This document shows positions 1-9,684 of a DNA stretch of 64,000 bases, in pieces. The notes under the pieces are model-generated. The model was not told the DNA's origin, searched no databases, and saw nothing but the letters and a program-made list of their open reading frames with translations. The stretch's first letter is position 1. Every line of letters starts with the position of its first letter. Source of the DNA: a virus; IMG/VR virus record IMGVR_UViG_3300017991_000004, positions 67,701 through 131,700 of that record; one strand, written 5' to 3'. The position numbers were made by a program, and so were the translations under genes.

Positions 1-159
1 CTATGCCGTCACCATCGCGTCCCTGCTGGCAACCGTCACGGATGTTCTTTGCGGTAGGCGGCTTGCCTTTCAACTGCACGACCCGGAGGATGGGTCAGAC
101 CCTCGTGACAACGATACCGTGGGCTTTCAGTGGTGGACACCGGGAAAGGAGGAGAACTG

Positions 160-432
160 ATGTACCGATTGAGGCTGAACGAAAACCCGGACCTTGAGGT
201 CGAGGTCGAGCACGCAGAGAAGGTCGGAACCACTGAGGTCGAGTTGAGAGACGTCGCTGTCTTTCCTCCCTCGATGTTCAAAGAGCCGGCCCGAATCTGG
301 AAGGCTGAACTGTTCGACGACCAGGGCGAACTCTGGGCCATGCGGAGAATCCCGGAACACTTCGCGCCACTGGCTTCGCCTTGCATTCAGTTTACATTCA
401 ACTGGACTCTCCGTATCTACCAGGAGGTCTGA
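160..432 (+). CDS. hypothetical phage protein
   Basis: ORF with strong RBS (GGAGGAG) before ATG160; stop overlaps next start. Confidence 0.6.
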   Translation: MYRLRLNENPDLEVEVEHAEKVGTTEVELRDVAVFPPSMFKEPARIWKAELFDDQGELWAMRRIPEHFAPLASPCIQFTFNWTLRIYQEV

Positions 433-650
433 TGTTTCATCGGGGCCTCATGAAACCGGACGAAAAAGGTCTGCTCAACGCAGTTCAAGCAAAGCCACGC
501 AGTTTGTCCGTCCGCGCTGTAGTGCAAAAACTCGGCATACACGAAGAAAGGGCGGCAGCCATCCTCATAAAATGGGTTAACAAAGGATGGTATGAGTACG
601 AAGTGTACATTGACTTAGGATGGCTCACCGAAGAAGGGAAAAACAAATAA
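432..650 (+). CDS. small putative winged-helix protein
   Basis: GGAGG RBS; SVRAVVQKLGIHEERAAAILIKWVNKGW resembles a wHTH. Confidence 0.45.
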   Translation: MFHRGLMKPDEKGLLNAVQAKPRSLSVRAVVQKLGIHEERAAAILIKWVNKGWYEYEVYIDLGWLTEEGKNK

Positions 651-949
651 AGGACCTCGACTTGAACATCTATAGTGAGCCAGTCGTCGCTACACCGCGC
701 CGTCTTCCCGTCAAATGGGACATAAAGGTTTTCGTTGAAGACCACTCCATCGGCGCAGAGGTGATAGTGCTGGACACCATGGCGAAGGAGTTGCAGTTCA
801 GGATGACGAATCCTTGGTGGGTTCTCACCTTCTTCGGTGCGATGTATTTATTTGAGCGTCTGCTGACTGGGGCAGCCAAAGCCTTGCTCGGGAAACCGTA
901 CCGCAAGCGGCGGTGGGTGGACATCAAGTCTGCTGGCACCAGCAGATAG
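620..949 (+). CDS. hypothetical protein with one hydrophobic segment; last 6 codons formed by the 18-bp palindrome
   Basis: ORF track; ends SAGTSR*; start uncertain. Confidence 0.5.
   Translation: MAHRRREKQIKDLDLNIYSEPVVATPRRLPVKWDIKVFVEDHSIGAEVIVLDTMAKELQFRMTNPWWVLTFFGAMYLFERLLTGAAKALLGKPYRKRRWVDIKSAGTSR
929..946. repeat. 18-bp palindrome copy (17/18)
   Basis: TCTGCTGGCACCAGCAGA. Confidence 0.9.
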
Positions 950-950
950 G

Positions 951-964
951 CGCAAGCGATTGCG
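951..964. promoter_or_regulatory. 14-bp YGCAAGCGATTGCR motif copy
   Basis: CGCAAGCGATTGCG directly before the RBS of gene 973. Confidence 0.7.
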
Positions 965-972
965 GAGGAACC

Positions 973-1161
973 ATGTGCAAGTATTGCGACTGGGAAGACA
1001 TGCTCGCCACCATCGAGGAGATGATGGACGACGATGATTTCGACTTCGCCTACGACACCCTTTCAGGTATCAAGGATTGGGTGGAGGAGAATCACCACAT
1101 CACCGAACGGCAAACGGAAGCCGTGAACAATATCAGGGAATCCATTGAGAGGAGACGTTGA
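973..1161 (+). CDS. hypothetical acidic protein
   Basis: GGAGGA RBS, ATG973. Confidence 0.6.
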   Translation: MCKYCDWEDMLATIEEMMDDDDFDFAYDTLSGIKDWVEENHHITERQTEAVNNIRESIERRR

Positions 1162-1523
1162 TGGTGGACGGGGAAAAGGAACCGCAGGAGGAAACTACGG
1201 AAACGGAAGAGGAGTACCAGAAGCGGCGCGACGAAACCCTCTGGCGCTTGCAGAACGAGTTCACTGTTCTGGACCTGGAGGATGTTCTCGTCGACTTGAC
1301 GGACCTGGACCTCGACCCGTCCCTCATTTTCGACGACAACGGCAAGTGGGCTTGCGGCCGCAGATGGTTCGGCTACATCCTCTCCGAACCGGGCTGCGAC
1401 TACCAGACCACTGTCGTCATTCCGGGTGACGACTTCTGCGACAATCCGCGCGAAGCGGTGAAGCAGTTCATCCAAAGGTGCATTGACCTCGACAAGAAGG
1501 AGAAGGAGAAAAACGATGCCTAG
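1161..1523 (+). CDS. hypothetical protein
   Basis: GAGGAG RBS; coupled to upstream gene. Confidence 0.6.
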   Translation: MVDGEKEPQEETTETEEEYQKRRDETLWRLQNEFTVLDLEDVLVDLTDLDLDPSLIFDDNGKWACGRRWFGYILSEPGCDYQTTVVIPGDDFCDNPREAVKQFIQRCIDLDKKEKEKNDA

Positions 1524-2070
1524 AGAGTTCGAGGATTTTGAACTGAGGCCGGTCAAAGAAGGCTTCTGTCACTTGTGCGGGAACCTCTGGCACACAAAGC
1601 CAGGAAACTCCCTGCCGGAATATCTCAAGTACGGCGTATGGGAGTTGGCGGGCTTCCAGGTGTTACAGAGAGGTAGCCGAAAGAAAACTATTCTCCTCTG
1701 TAACGATTGTCTCTCCCTCGTCCACCTTACCAGCATGGAGGTCATGCGGGCGCACCTCAAGTGGCTTGACCAGGAACTCAAGGTAGCGGACGCAGAGGGA
1801 AGGCGTCCTCGAATCAGTGAAGTGGGGTATCACCTGCTGATGGATTACCGCAAGCGATTGCAGAAGGAACTAGGTCCGAAGAACTCCTGGTTTGCGGGCA
1901 AGTGTACCCTCTGTACTTTCCCAGTAGTCGTGACGCAACCGGATGCAGAGTTGTTTCCGCACGCAGATTATTGGTGGTATTGTTCCAACCCGAAGTGTGA
2001 GCGCCACTCCCCTGGCACGCATACGGACGATATGGAGCAGCCCGAGTGGGTTCAATTAAGTGAGGTATAA
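1516..2070 (+). CDS. hypothetical Cys-rich (Zn-binding) protein
   Basis: AAGGAG RBS; several CxxC pairs. Confidence 0.6.
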   Translation: MPREFEDFELRPVKEGFCHLCGNLWHTKPGNSLPEYLKYGVWELAGFQVLQRGSRKKTILLCNDCLSLVHLTSMEVMRAHLKWLDQELKVADAEGRRPRISEVGYHLLMDYRKRLQKELGPKNSWFAGKCTLCTFPVVVTQPDAELFPHADYWWYCSNPKCERHSPGTHTDDMEQPEWVQLSEV

Positions 2071-2071
2071 C

Positions 2072-2293
2072 ATGCTGGTTATCAAGACTACCCGGTACGA
2101 GCTAACGGTAGAGGAAACCAAGGACGCCTTTGTGCAGTATCTCTACCGAAAGTTTCCCGATTTCGAGGTGCATCTCAAAAAGGGCGGCAGCTTCGATAGT
2201 GACTTCGTGCCGACGGAAGACGGCTTTGTCGTCAACGTCGAGTTCACTGTCAGCTTTCCCGCGACTAACGGAGGGGCCGATGGGATTGTTTGA
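2072..2293 (+). CDS. hypothetical protein, paralog of 8558..8749
   Basis: shares RYELTxEET...DFVPxExGFVxNVEF with 8558..8749. Confidence 0.65.
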   Translation: MLVIKTTRYELTVEETKDAFVQYLYRKFPDFEVHLKKGGSFDSDFVPTEDGFVVNVEFTVSFPATNGGADGIV

Positions 2294-2771
2294 CTATGAC
2301 GATATAGTCTGCGGCCTGTGCGAGGGCCAAAACGTCGCGATGGTGCCTCTAATGGAAATCCATTTAGAAGGACCGAACACGATGTACCCTGTCGCCGCTT
2401 GTCGTGACTGCGGTTTCCTGTTCATTCCCCCGAACGAGGTTGTCAAACAAAAACGCGCCGAATGGGGAAAAGCAATACGGACACAAAACCGTAAACCCGT
2501 ACCAAAGGGGATAATCAAACTCGACCCTGAGAAAGTCGCACCAGTGTCTCCTGCTGAATCTAAGCGGCAAGGTTCACCTATTTGCGAAAAGTGCGGAAAG
2601 AAAATGAAGTTGGATAATACTTCAACCGCCCGTTACACCGTCTTCCTTCTTTGGATATGCCAATGTGGCTTTCAAAAGATAGAGAAACAGCGTGAGCACT
2701 TCGAAGAGGAACCTTCTGACGAAGAACTGAAAGACATTGACAAGGAAAAGGACGATGAACTTACCTCCTGA
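2280..2771 (+). CDS. double Zn-ribbon hypothetical protein
   Basis: GGAGG RBS; CGLC/CRDC/CEKC/CQC. Confidence 0.6.
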   Translation: MGLFDYDDIVCGLCEGQNVAMVPLMEIHLEGPNTMYPVAACRDCGFLFIPPNEVVKQKRAEWGKAIRTQNRKPVPKGIIKLDPEKVAPVSPAESKRQGSPICEKCGKKMKLDNTSTARYTVFLLWICQCGFQKIEKQREHFEEEPSDEELKDIDKEKDDELTS

Positions 2772-3216
2772 GTGCGAACATCAATACGAAGTCCGACCCG
2801 GCAAGTGCCCGTTCAAGGCGGTGTGGGTTATCTTCTGCAAAACGGACAACACTCGCACGCTCGTCTGCCAAAGGCACTTCGAGGATTACTATTTCGAGCC
2901 GGAGAAGACGTATGTGATATTCGGTGCAAAGGACTACTCGATTCACGGCGGCCATGACCTTCCGGCCCGAAAGAAGTTCCCGGAGCCTCGAGACAGGTAC
3001 ATCGCGTTTCTTCAGAGTCAGCCAAAGGGCGGCGAGAGAATTGTGTGTCCCGTCATGTGCGGCAAATGTTGCAGTTCTCTTGACTACACCTGCTCCCATC
3101 TGACGGAGACAGGATGCGACTTGCCTGTGGAGGAGCGACCGGTTCACTGCAACATCTATCTGTGCGAAGCAGCCAAGCGAGTCCTTGAATTGGAGAGAAA
3201 CCTTCGCCATGAGTAA
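2755..3216 (+). CDS. Cys-rich protein with possible Fe-S/Zn cluster (CxxxCGxCC...C...RP..C..Y.C)
   Basis: CPVMCGKCC and ERPVHCNIYLC resemble the YkgJ/CxxCxxCC motif. Confidence 0.5.
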   Translation: MNLPPECEHQYEVRPGKCPFKAVWVIFCKTDNTRTLVCQRHFEDYYFEPEKTYVIFGAKDYSIHGGHDLPARKKFPEPRDRYIAFLQSQPKGGERIVCPVMCGKCCSSLDYTCSHLTETGCDLPVEERPVHCNIYLCEAAKRVLELERNLRHE

Positions 3217-3541
3217 AGAATGGTATGACGAGAATTGGAAGGCCAAAGAAACTCCTGAGTTTGTTGCCTTCTGGCTAGAGTGGTACGGCCACGAAGAAGA
3301 CTACGCCGACCCTGACGAGTATTGGATTCGTCGTGGCTTCGCGTTAGCAGGATGGATTAAACGTGACGAATGGCGCGGAAAGAAAGTTCCGAAAGGCCCC
3401 GTCGCAGGAACTTGCTGCGCCTGCGGATATTCAGGCTCGAAGTCATCCTATTGTCCCTCTCGGGAAGAGTTAGTTCACTGCGAACATTGGTGGGACGGCT
3501 CTACTAGCCGAGACAAACGCTCTGCTGGTACCAGCAGATAG
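3209..3541 (+). CDS. hypothetical protein; last 6 codons formed by the 18-bp palindrome
   Basis: GGAGA RBS; ends SAGTSR*. Confidence 0.6.
   Translation: MSKEWYDENWKAKETPEFVAFWLEWYGHEEDYADPDEYWIRRGFALAGWIKRDEWRGKKVPKGPVAGTCCACGYSGSKSSYCPSREELVHCEHWWDGSTSRDKRSAGTSR
3521..3538. repeat. 18-bp palindrome copy (exact)
   Basis: TCTGCTGGTACCAGCAGA followed by TAG. Confidence 0.95.
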
Positions 3542-3558
3542 CACTGTGTGAGGGGAAC

Positions 3559-3804
3559 ATGAAACCTACATTACCGGCCCATGCTGTGCCTGATGCCAAC
3601 GGCTTCCTCGAATGGCACGGGCAGACTTTTGTTCAATTCGGCGGCGCGAACAAGCTCCACATTGCGAATGATTGGAACTTTCCTTTATGCGGCGCGTTTT
3701 CCCCTCAGCCCATGAACCATCCTGAATACGCTTGTGGAAGAAAGTGGCCAGTTTGCATAGCGTGTCGCCGCATATTCGCAGAAAATAATAGTAATGATAA
3801 TTAG
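3559..3804 (+). CDS. hypothetical protein
   Basis: GAGGGG RBS. Confidence 0.55.
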   Translation: MKPTLPAHAVPDANGFLEWHGQTFVQFGGANKLHIANDWNFPLCGAFSPQPMNHPEYACGRKWPVCIACRRIFAENNSNDN

Positions 3805-4990
3805 GAGATTACCGATGGAACTTAAACTTCGTCTCACCATCGAGGGCGCTGACCAGGAAGAGACTTACAAGGAGATAGAACTCCTGAGCACCTGGCTTGG
3901 CTGGTTAGCCTACGCCTCACCCATCGGACCTGTGCCGGGGTGTCTTCTGCGGCTGAATGAAAAGGTTAAAAAATGGTTGGAGAACTACAAGAACTTTCAC
4001 AACTACCCCGACAACCGCGTCTGGAATCAGTGCCCTCCTGAAGGAGTGCTTGCCAAAGACCACTACGCCTCTTTCGGATGGTTTCTGACATACCTCCAGA
4101 ATACGGTATACGCCCGCACGGAGCGGTATGTACCTGACACACTCCAAATTAGTCCTAACCTCTGGCCGGTAGTTGCGAATGTAGCAGGTTGGGAGGATGC
4201 ACCTAAGGAGCAACTAGCCGTCGAGTGTAGTCCAAAACGAGTGGGCAAGTTAGCTCGGCATAATTTGACGGTGTGGGCGGACGCCTCCCTACCCCCTGGA
4301 GGCTTGCTCTATTACTCGTGTGGGGTAGTGCGGCATCCTGACACTAGTATAGACTTCAAGGTTATCGACGAAAAACCTGGTCAGGGATACTTCCCGCTGC
4401 CGGATGACGAATGCCCGCTCTGCAAGAACGGAACCATAGCTTTCGAGGAGGGTGAACTTCGCTGTCGCGGTGAATGCGGCACTATCTGGCGAAAGCCTTT
4501 GTCATCGGAATGGCTGGCGCACACAGGCGAGTTGCTCGCCAAGTTAAAACCTTACTTTGACGAAGTGAACAAACCTTCTCCGCCCCTGCCGCCTGGTAAG
4601 CGTAACATCTCTTACTACGAACAAGAAGGCGCTTTCGTCGAACCTATTGAACTTACTGATATGGTTGGCAATAAAACCTTCTTGACGAAAGAAACTAAAC
4701 CTGTCTATTCGACAGGCAAAGCCTTTCACAAAATCAACGCCGCCAATATCCGAAAAATGTTAGAAACCGAAATGGCGCACCTCACTGCGGCTACTGCGAC
4801 CAAAACAATTCCTGAAATAGAGGGGCAAATATCTGCGCTGTTAAAGCGTATCCTTATTCAGGCACGACCTATACCCAAGGTGACGGTGAAAGAAAAAGAA
4901 ACAGGCGGCATTGAAGTACAGTTCAGTCATCCGAATACTGACTCACCAATGACTACGGAACAACTCTACGCTTACTTAGGATTGACTTAA
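3794..4990 (+). CDS. hypothetical protein with internal Zn ribbon
   Basis: 398-aa ORF; CPLC...CRGEC; AGGAG before the alternative ATG. Confidence 0.7.
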   Translation: MIIRRLPMELKLRLTIEGADQEETYKEIELLSTWLGWLAYASPIGPVPGCLLRLNEKVKKWLENYKNFHNYPDNRVWNQCPPEGVLAKDHYASFGWFLTYLQNTVYARTERYVPDTLQISPNLWPVVANVAGWEDAPKEQLAVECSPKRVGKLARHNLTVWADASLPPGGLLYYSCGVVRHPDTSIDFKVIDEKPGQGYFPLPDDECPLCKNGTIAFEEGELRCRGECGTIWRKPLSSEWLAHTGELLAKLKPYFDEVNKPSPPLPPGKRNISYYEQEGAFVEPIELTDMVGNKTFLTKETKPVYSTGKAFHKINAANIRKMLETEMAHLTAATATKTIPEIEGQISALLKRILIQARPIPKVTVKEKETGGIEVQFSHPNTDSPMTTEQLYAYLGLT

Positions 4991-5134
4991 TAGTGACTAT
5001 TCTCCGCTGCCACTACTGCGAACGAACAGATAACTTACAGATGCAACTATGTAGCTATTGGTTCTGCTTCCCATGCCTGCCCCGTGCTCTGAAGAAAGGC
5101 GCAAGCTACTGGTGGAGGCTCGCGCACAAAAGAT

Positions 5135-5211
5135 AGCCCTGTAGTTCAATCGGATAGAACAACGGATTTTGGGTCCGTAGGTTCCCGGTTCGAGTCCGGG
5201 CAGGGCTTCCA
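5135..5211 (+). tRNA. tRNA with TTG anticodon (nominally Gln), CCA encoded, atypical identity elements
   Basis: AGCCCTG/CAGGGCT acceptor stem, GTTC/GAAC D-stem, ACGGA/TCCGT anticodon stem with TTTTGGG loop, CCCGG-TTCGAGT-CCGGG T-arm, T-CCA end. Confidence 0.9.
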
Positions 5212-5223
5212 ATTTTGAAAGGG

Positions 5224-5493
5224 ATGTCAGTGTCTTATGTCGAACTGAAAGCAACGGCGCTAAGTCGCTACCTGCGAACCGCCTACCCAAAAGGTGCGTG
5301 GGGTTTGCATGACTTCCGGTTCATCCCTCCCTTCGGTTCTTTTGAGAACTTCAAAAGGCTGATGGATTCCATAGGACCTGTTCCGACACACTCCGAAGCC
5401 TTACGGGCGTGCGTCACTGTCGAACCGTTGCCTGTAATGAAGGAGACAAATAATGAAACCTGTTTCAAAGAAAACAACAGTGCTGGAAATTAA
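5224..5493 (+). CDS. hypothetical protein
   Basis: ORF directly after the tRNA. Confidence 0.45.
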   Translation: MSVSYVELKATALSRYLRTAYPKGAWGLHDFRFIPPFGSFENFKRLMDSIGPVPTHSEALRACVTVEPLPVMKETNNETCFKENNSAGN

Positions 5494-5752
5494 CCTGCGT
5501 CTCTACGAAGTCAAAGCGACGAAGGATATGCTAGATAGTCCACTCGTCGCGGAGAGGGATAACGTATCGCTGTTCCTCGAACCGGCTCCAATGCTGGTGC
5601 CGTTTCCCGACAAGGGCAAATGGGGAATGGTTTGCTACGTCACCATCGGAGAACGCGTATTCAAACTCTTCGCCAAAGACCTTGCGAAGACGTTGGACGA
5701 GGTAAGCAAACTGGGGGTCCTTCTTACAGACGACGAATGTGACCATGAGTAG
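5453..5752 (+). CDS. hypothetical protein
   Basis: AAGGAG RBS. Confidence 0.6.
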   Translation: MKPVSKKTTVLEINLRLYEVKATKDMLDSPLVAERDNVSLFLEPAPMLVPFPDKGKWGMVCYVTIGERVFKLFAKDLAKTLDEVSKLGVLLTDDECDHE

Positions 5753-5821
5753 GTCACTGACGGGATGCACCTCAACGTATTCTGTAGAAAGTGTTTCATC
5801 GACAAGCCGAAGGAGTAAGTC

Positions 5822-6700
5822 ATGAGCTTTCACCTGTTCTACCACGATACTACCACATACAAAACCTACACGCTGTCCGGTCTGCGAAACCTTTCGGACC
5901 TTAGAAAAATTCTGGAAGGAATGACAGGAATGGAGCCTGGACCGGGAAACCCTACTGCTGACGAAAAGTATCTGTTGGACAAATACATCGAGAAGGTAAG
6001 TCAACCTGGCGTATCAGCCGCGGGGGCACTCTACGAAGCCGTGGCGGACTTGGAGAACGTATTCGCCTTACGGAGAAGGAAGGCGCAGATAAAGGCGGCC
6101 ATACACGCTAGTGACTTTGAGGCACACATCATCAACGTCGTTCGACTCGATGCCACTCCTCTTGAGGCGTTGAAACACTATGTGCAGAGTGCAGGCGAAG
6201 GTGTCCCTACTGCCATCGCCAATCATCCCCAGCATGGATGGGCGGTTATCTCTTCTGCGGGACAAGGCCCGTTCTTCCTCTGGAAAGAAAAACCTGCAAA
6301 GACAAGCCTGTCGATGACGGACGCCATCGAAGAGGAAAATCAGTTGCAGAAGACGATGGATGCTGTGACATTTACTTCTGAGGGTGGGTATTCATTAGAC
6401 AACTGTGTTGCCGATGACATCTTTCGACTGAAAGGTGACGTACCTCTCTGCGTCTGTGCAGATACTAACAAAATCGCGCGGATGCGGGCCAGGCGATACT
6501 TCCCTGACATCCCGTTGAAACACATCCTCATAGTTACTCCGAGCAACTGGGAGAAAATTCGCGGCCGAAATTTACTCGCCTGCTACACCAAAGGTAGCCT
6601 ACCGCCCGGAGAGGCGCGTAGGATGGTTATGTATCGTATCGAGTCTCGAGGATGCGGCTTGTGCAAAGACTACAAACCGCTTCCGATGTTCCTTGGTTAA
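5822..6700 (+). CDS. hypothetical protein
   Basis: AAGGAG RBS; 292 aa. Confidence 0.7.
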   Translation: MSFHLFYHDTTTYKTYTLSGLRNLSDLRKILEGMTGMEPGPGNPTADEKYLLDKYIEKVSQPGVSAAGALYEAVADLENVFALRRRKAQIKAAIHASDFEAHIINVVRLDATPLEALKHYVQSAGEGVPTAIANHPQHGWAVISSAGQGPFFLWKEKPAKTSLSMTDAIEEENQLQKTMDAVTFTSEGGYSLDNCVADDIFRLKGDVPLCVCADTNKIARMRARRYFPDIPLKHILIVTPSNWEKIRGRNLLACYTKGSLPPGEARRMVMYRIESRGCGLCKDYKPLPMFLG

Positions 6701-6711
6701 GGAGAACTCCA

Positions 6712-7281
6712 ATGGGTTCCGTCCGCTGCCGTTTCTGTCACACAATTTCGTCTACCACTGCTTCACCAAACGATATTGATGGAGTCTTTGTCACCGACAA
6801 AGTGTTGGAATCGTTCTCCGCAGGCATCGACGGCATCAACAACATGGTAGACCTGTCGCGGGAACTATACAAAAGAGGCCGGCAGGGATTCTTGTGCCCG
6901 CACTGCCAGAAAGTAAACTTTCTCCAGCAACCGAAACTGTTGGGATACTGCGCTCGATGTCACTCGGCTATCACTGACAATGACGAATGGTTTGAGAGTG
7001 CAGACCGAACCGTTTGCCTTTGCTCGAAGTGTGCGGAGAATGAAACAGGCGCCCGGATTCCCGGTTCGATAGACGCTGAAGAGATTAGCTACGAGGAAGA
7101 GCCTTGCGTGAAATGCGGCAAGCCCGCCGATTGCCAGTACGCGAATCCTTCCCATCCCGAGAAACGTCCCTTCTGCCTGGATTGCGTTGTCGAAGAGCAT
7201 GAAGCAGAACTCAAAGAGCATAAGAAGCTACTCAAAGCAAAGTCTTGCAAACGCTGTTTGGGAACGGGAGAGGCTCGTTAA
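6712..7281 (+). CDS. multi-Zn-finger hypothetical protein
   Basis: AAGGAG RBS; at least 6 CxxC pairs. Confidence 0.65.
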   Translation: MGSVRCRFCHTISSTTASPNDIDGVFVTDKVLESFSAGIDGINNMVDLSRELYKRGRQGFLCPHCQKVNFLQQPKLLGYCARCHSAITDNDEWFESADRTVCLCSKCAENETGARIPGSIDAEEISYEEEPCVKCGKPADCQYANPSHPEKRPFCLDCVVEEHEAELKEHKKLLKAKSCKRCLGTGEAR

Positions 7282-7434
7282 TCGTCGCCCTGGGAGTAGC
7301 GTGCTAGTTCCTTGACCGCTATGCGAACTGGGAACTCGCGTATGGCCCAAAGGTTGAGGGGAGAATTGACAACCTGGAGAAACGGATAGAGGCGTTGGAG
7401 AAAAGTAAGTAAATCCTGGTAAGGAAAGTGACCT

Positions 7435-7887
7435 ATGCACATCAAAGCAGAACCCGAAAAGCTGCAAGGGTGTCCCTTCCGACACGACATGAACATCCCG
7501 GCACACGCCTATTGCTGGCTGAAGGAGGAAGCCGAAAAGGATGCGTGCCACTCTGAAGCCATTCCAGAGTGGTGCCCGTTGAAGAAGGGACCAGTGACCG
7601 TGAGCATCCCAGAGAGCGAAGAGAAGGCACCGCGCTGTGCTAGGTGCGGCTTGACGGAGGGCATCTTCTATCCCGAGCCGGATGGCACCGTCCTCTGCCA
7701 ACCCTGCTCCAAGAAGGATGAAACTCCGCTCGTCTTCCCGGCTGGCTTCAAGGGCAAGAGTACCCAAGAGGTTTTGGCGTGGATTCTCAACTGGATTCAC
7801 GAACACAACCAAGTGTCACACATCCCTGGACTGAATGAGATGGATGTTCAAAGGATGATAGACGAAGGGCCGACCTGTTTCGGATAG
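7435..7887 (+). CDS. Cys-rich hypothetical protein
   Basis: AAGGA RBS; IPEWCPL and CxxC motifs. Confidence 0.6.
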   Translation: MHIKAEPEKLQGCPFRHDMNIPAHAYCWLKEEAEKDACHSEAIPEWCPLKKGPVTVSIPESEEKAPRCARCGLTEGIFYPEPDGTVLCQPCSKKDETPLVFPAGFKGKSTQEVLAWILNWIHEHNQVSHIPGLNEMDVQRMIDEGPTCFG

Positions 7888-7897
7888 GAGGTATCCC

Positions 7898-8083
7898 ATG
7901 TTCTACAGGGCAACCATGATGTCCATGAAATGGTACGCAATCGAAATCGACTCAGTGGAAGACGATGCAGAGAACATCGAGGAGTTCGCTTCCCAGGGAA
8001 CGGCGGTTGTTATCGTGGACGACCTGGAAGTACTCTCTTCCTTCGGCGCATACGAGGTCGTTCTGGTTGAGGATGATGATTGA
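7898..8083 (+). CDS. small acidic hypothetical protein
   Basis: AGGAGG RBS. Confidence 0.55.
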   Translation: MFYRATMMSMKWYAIEIDSVEDDAENIEEFASQGTAVVIVDDLEVLSSFGAYEVVLVEDDD

Positions 8084-8274
8084 TGTTTGGCAGACAAAAG
8101 AGCTTTAGGATAGGGGACACAGTTACGGTGTGCGGTTTCAAGTCATGGGGTCCGGCGCATGTAACTGGAAAGAATGAGGACGGCACATATTCTGTCGCCT
8201 TCGTTGAAGGTCCGGGGCACAGCAGCATCAAGTCAGTCAAGGTCACGAACCTATTCCTCAGAAAACACTTTTGA
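8083..8274 (+). CDS. small putative SH3/Tudor-like protein
   Basis: FRIGDTV...WGPAHVTGKNEDGTYSVAF pattern. Confidence 0.45.
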   Translation: MFGRQKSFRIGDTVTVCGFKSWGPAHVTGKNEDGTYSVAFVEGPGHSSIKSVKVTNLFLRKHF

Positions 8275-8284
8275 AGAGTTAGGT

Positions 8285-8542
8285 ATGTCTGAGTCACAAG
8301 TGCCGAAGGGTGGGTATCATTCCGCAGACGTTGCTTATGCAGCGATGGACTACTTAGGCTACCCAAAGCGGGGCAGAATCTTCTTCCTTGAATACACCAC
8401 TACCCATCTGCCTATCTATATCGCATCCACGAACCACAAGGTGAGAGCAGAATACAAGGACCAGATGCGAAGGCGCATGGGTACTGTTATCCGCGCACCA
8501 TTTCCGAACCTTAGTGCAGAAGATGTCATGAACGCAGAGTAA
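8285..8542 (+). CDS. hypothetical protein
   Basis: ORF in operon context. Confidence 0.5.
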   Translation: MSESQVPKGGYHSADVAYAAMDYLGYPKRGRIFFLEYTTTHLPIYIASTNHKVRAEYKDQMRRRMGTVIRAPFPNLSAEDVMNAE

Positions 8543-8557
8543 TGTGGAGCATTCCCA

Positions 8558-8749
8558 ATGGAAATCAAAAGAACATTCAGGTACGAGCTTACCGCCGAGG
8601 AAACACGGGCTGCCGTCCTTGCCTATGTCTCCGCACGGCACCCATCTGTGGGCTTGCACGCGGAGAGGGGCGGGGCGGTCGATATAGACTTTGTTCCTGA
8701 TGAAAAGGGTTTCGTCGCCAACGTCGAGTTCAGTACGGTAGGCGAGTAA
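8558..8749 (+). CDS. hypothetical protein, paralog of 2072..2293
   Basis: see 2072..2293. Confidence 0.65.
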   Translation: MEIKRTFRYELTAEETRAAVLAYVSARHPSVGLHAERGGAVDIDFVPDEKGFVANVEFSTVGE

Positions 8750-8760
8750 CTACAGGAGAA

Positions 8761-9150
8761 GTGATACCAATGAAGAGGATATTCGACTGGATAGAACGCA
8801 TGAGGGCGCACAAGCACGCAGGCATCGACAACCTGGAACGCTTGGCGAAGGACGTAAGCGCGGACACGCAGGCACTCAAGGCCAAGGTGGAAGAAAAGGA
8901 CCGGACCATCTCCATCCTGACCTCTGCCTCGATACACAAAGGCAAGGAGTGTAACAGGCTCAAGGCCGACCTCGCAGCGGCAAAGGAGATTATTGAATTG
9001 GGTATGGACGAAAAAGTAAAGGTGGGTAAACTTCGCCAAACTTTAGAGTCCATCATTATACGGTGCGAGGAAGGCAGTAAAGAAACTGACTGGCTGCCCA
9101 TTATCGCCAACATCGCCCATGAAGGACTCAAGGCAACCCAATCAAAATAG
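8761..9150 (+). CDS. coiled-coil hypothetical protein
   Basis: AGGAG RBS. Confidence 0.6.
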   Translation: MIPMKRIFDWIERMRAHKHAGIDNLERLAKDVSADTQALKAKVEEKDRTISILTSASIHKGKECNRLKADLAAAKEIIELGMDEKVKVGKLRQTLESIIIRCEEGSKETDWLPIIANIAHEGLKATQSK

Positions 9151-9220
9151 ACAATTCCATATATGGAAACTCTCCTATCCCGAACGGGCCTTATATAGAG
9201 TACCTTTGAAGGAGACCGTC

Positions 9221-9673
9221 ATGTCGCTCGATGTCTACCTTGAATTGTCCGGCCCCATGCCCGCAACAAAGGGCACTGGCATTTTCATCCGAGAAGACGG
9301 GCAGACGAAAGAACTTACCCGCGAAGAGTGGGACGCAAAGTTTCCTGGCAAGGAACCTCTTGTCGTCGTGCCAGAGAAGGCAGAGACAGATGTGTACTGG
9401 TCGAATATCACAAGCAACCTTCACCGGATGGCGCAGGAAGCAGGCATTGGGGATTACCTGTGGGACCCGAAGAAGGCAGGCGTCACCCACGCCAGGGATT
9501 TAATCGACCCTCTGATAGTCGGGCTGTATAAACTCGAGAACGACCCGGAGAGGTATCAGAAGTTCAACTCTCCGAACAGAAGGGGCTCCCACGACAACCT
9601 TGTGAAGTTTGTTACCAACTACCTGGCAGCGTGCCAGAAGTATCCTGAAGCAGTAGTTCGTGTATCTCGTTAA
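9221..9673 (+). CDS. conserved phage hypothetical protein
   Basis: AAGGAG RBS; MSLDVYL...NITxNL..MA.EAGI..LW.P pattern recalled from many phages. Confidence 0.7.
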   Translation: MSLDVYLELSGPMPATKGTGIFIREDGQTKELTREEWDAKFPGKEPLVVVPEKAETDVYWSNITSNLHRMAQEAGIGDYLWDPKKAGVTHARDLIDPLIVGLYKLENDPERYQKFNSPNRRGSHDNLVKFVTNYLAACQKYPEAVVRVSR

Positions 9674-9684
9674 AGGAAGTAGGC

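Noticed and set aside
7282-7434. Stop-codon readthrough or alternative genetic code after 6712..7281
   Set aside because: The fragments lie in different frames, and all conserved genes are intact under the standard code; at most a decayed gene end.
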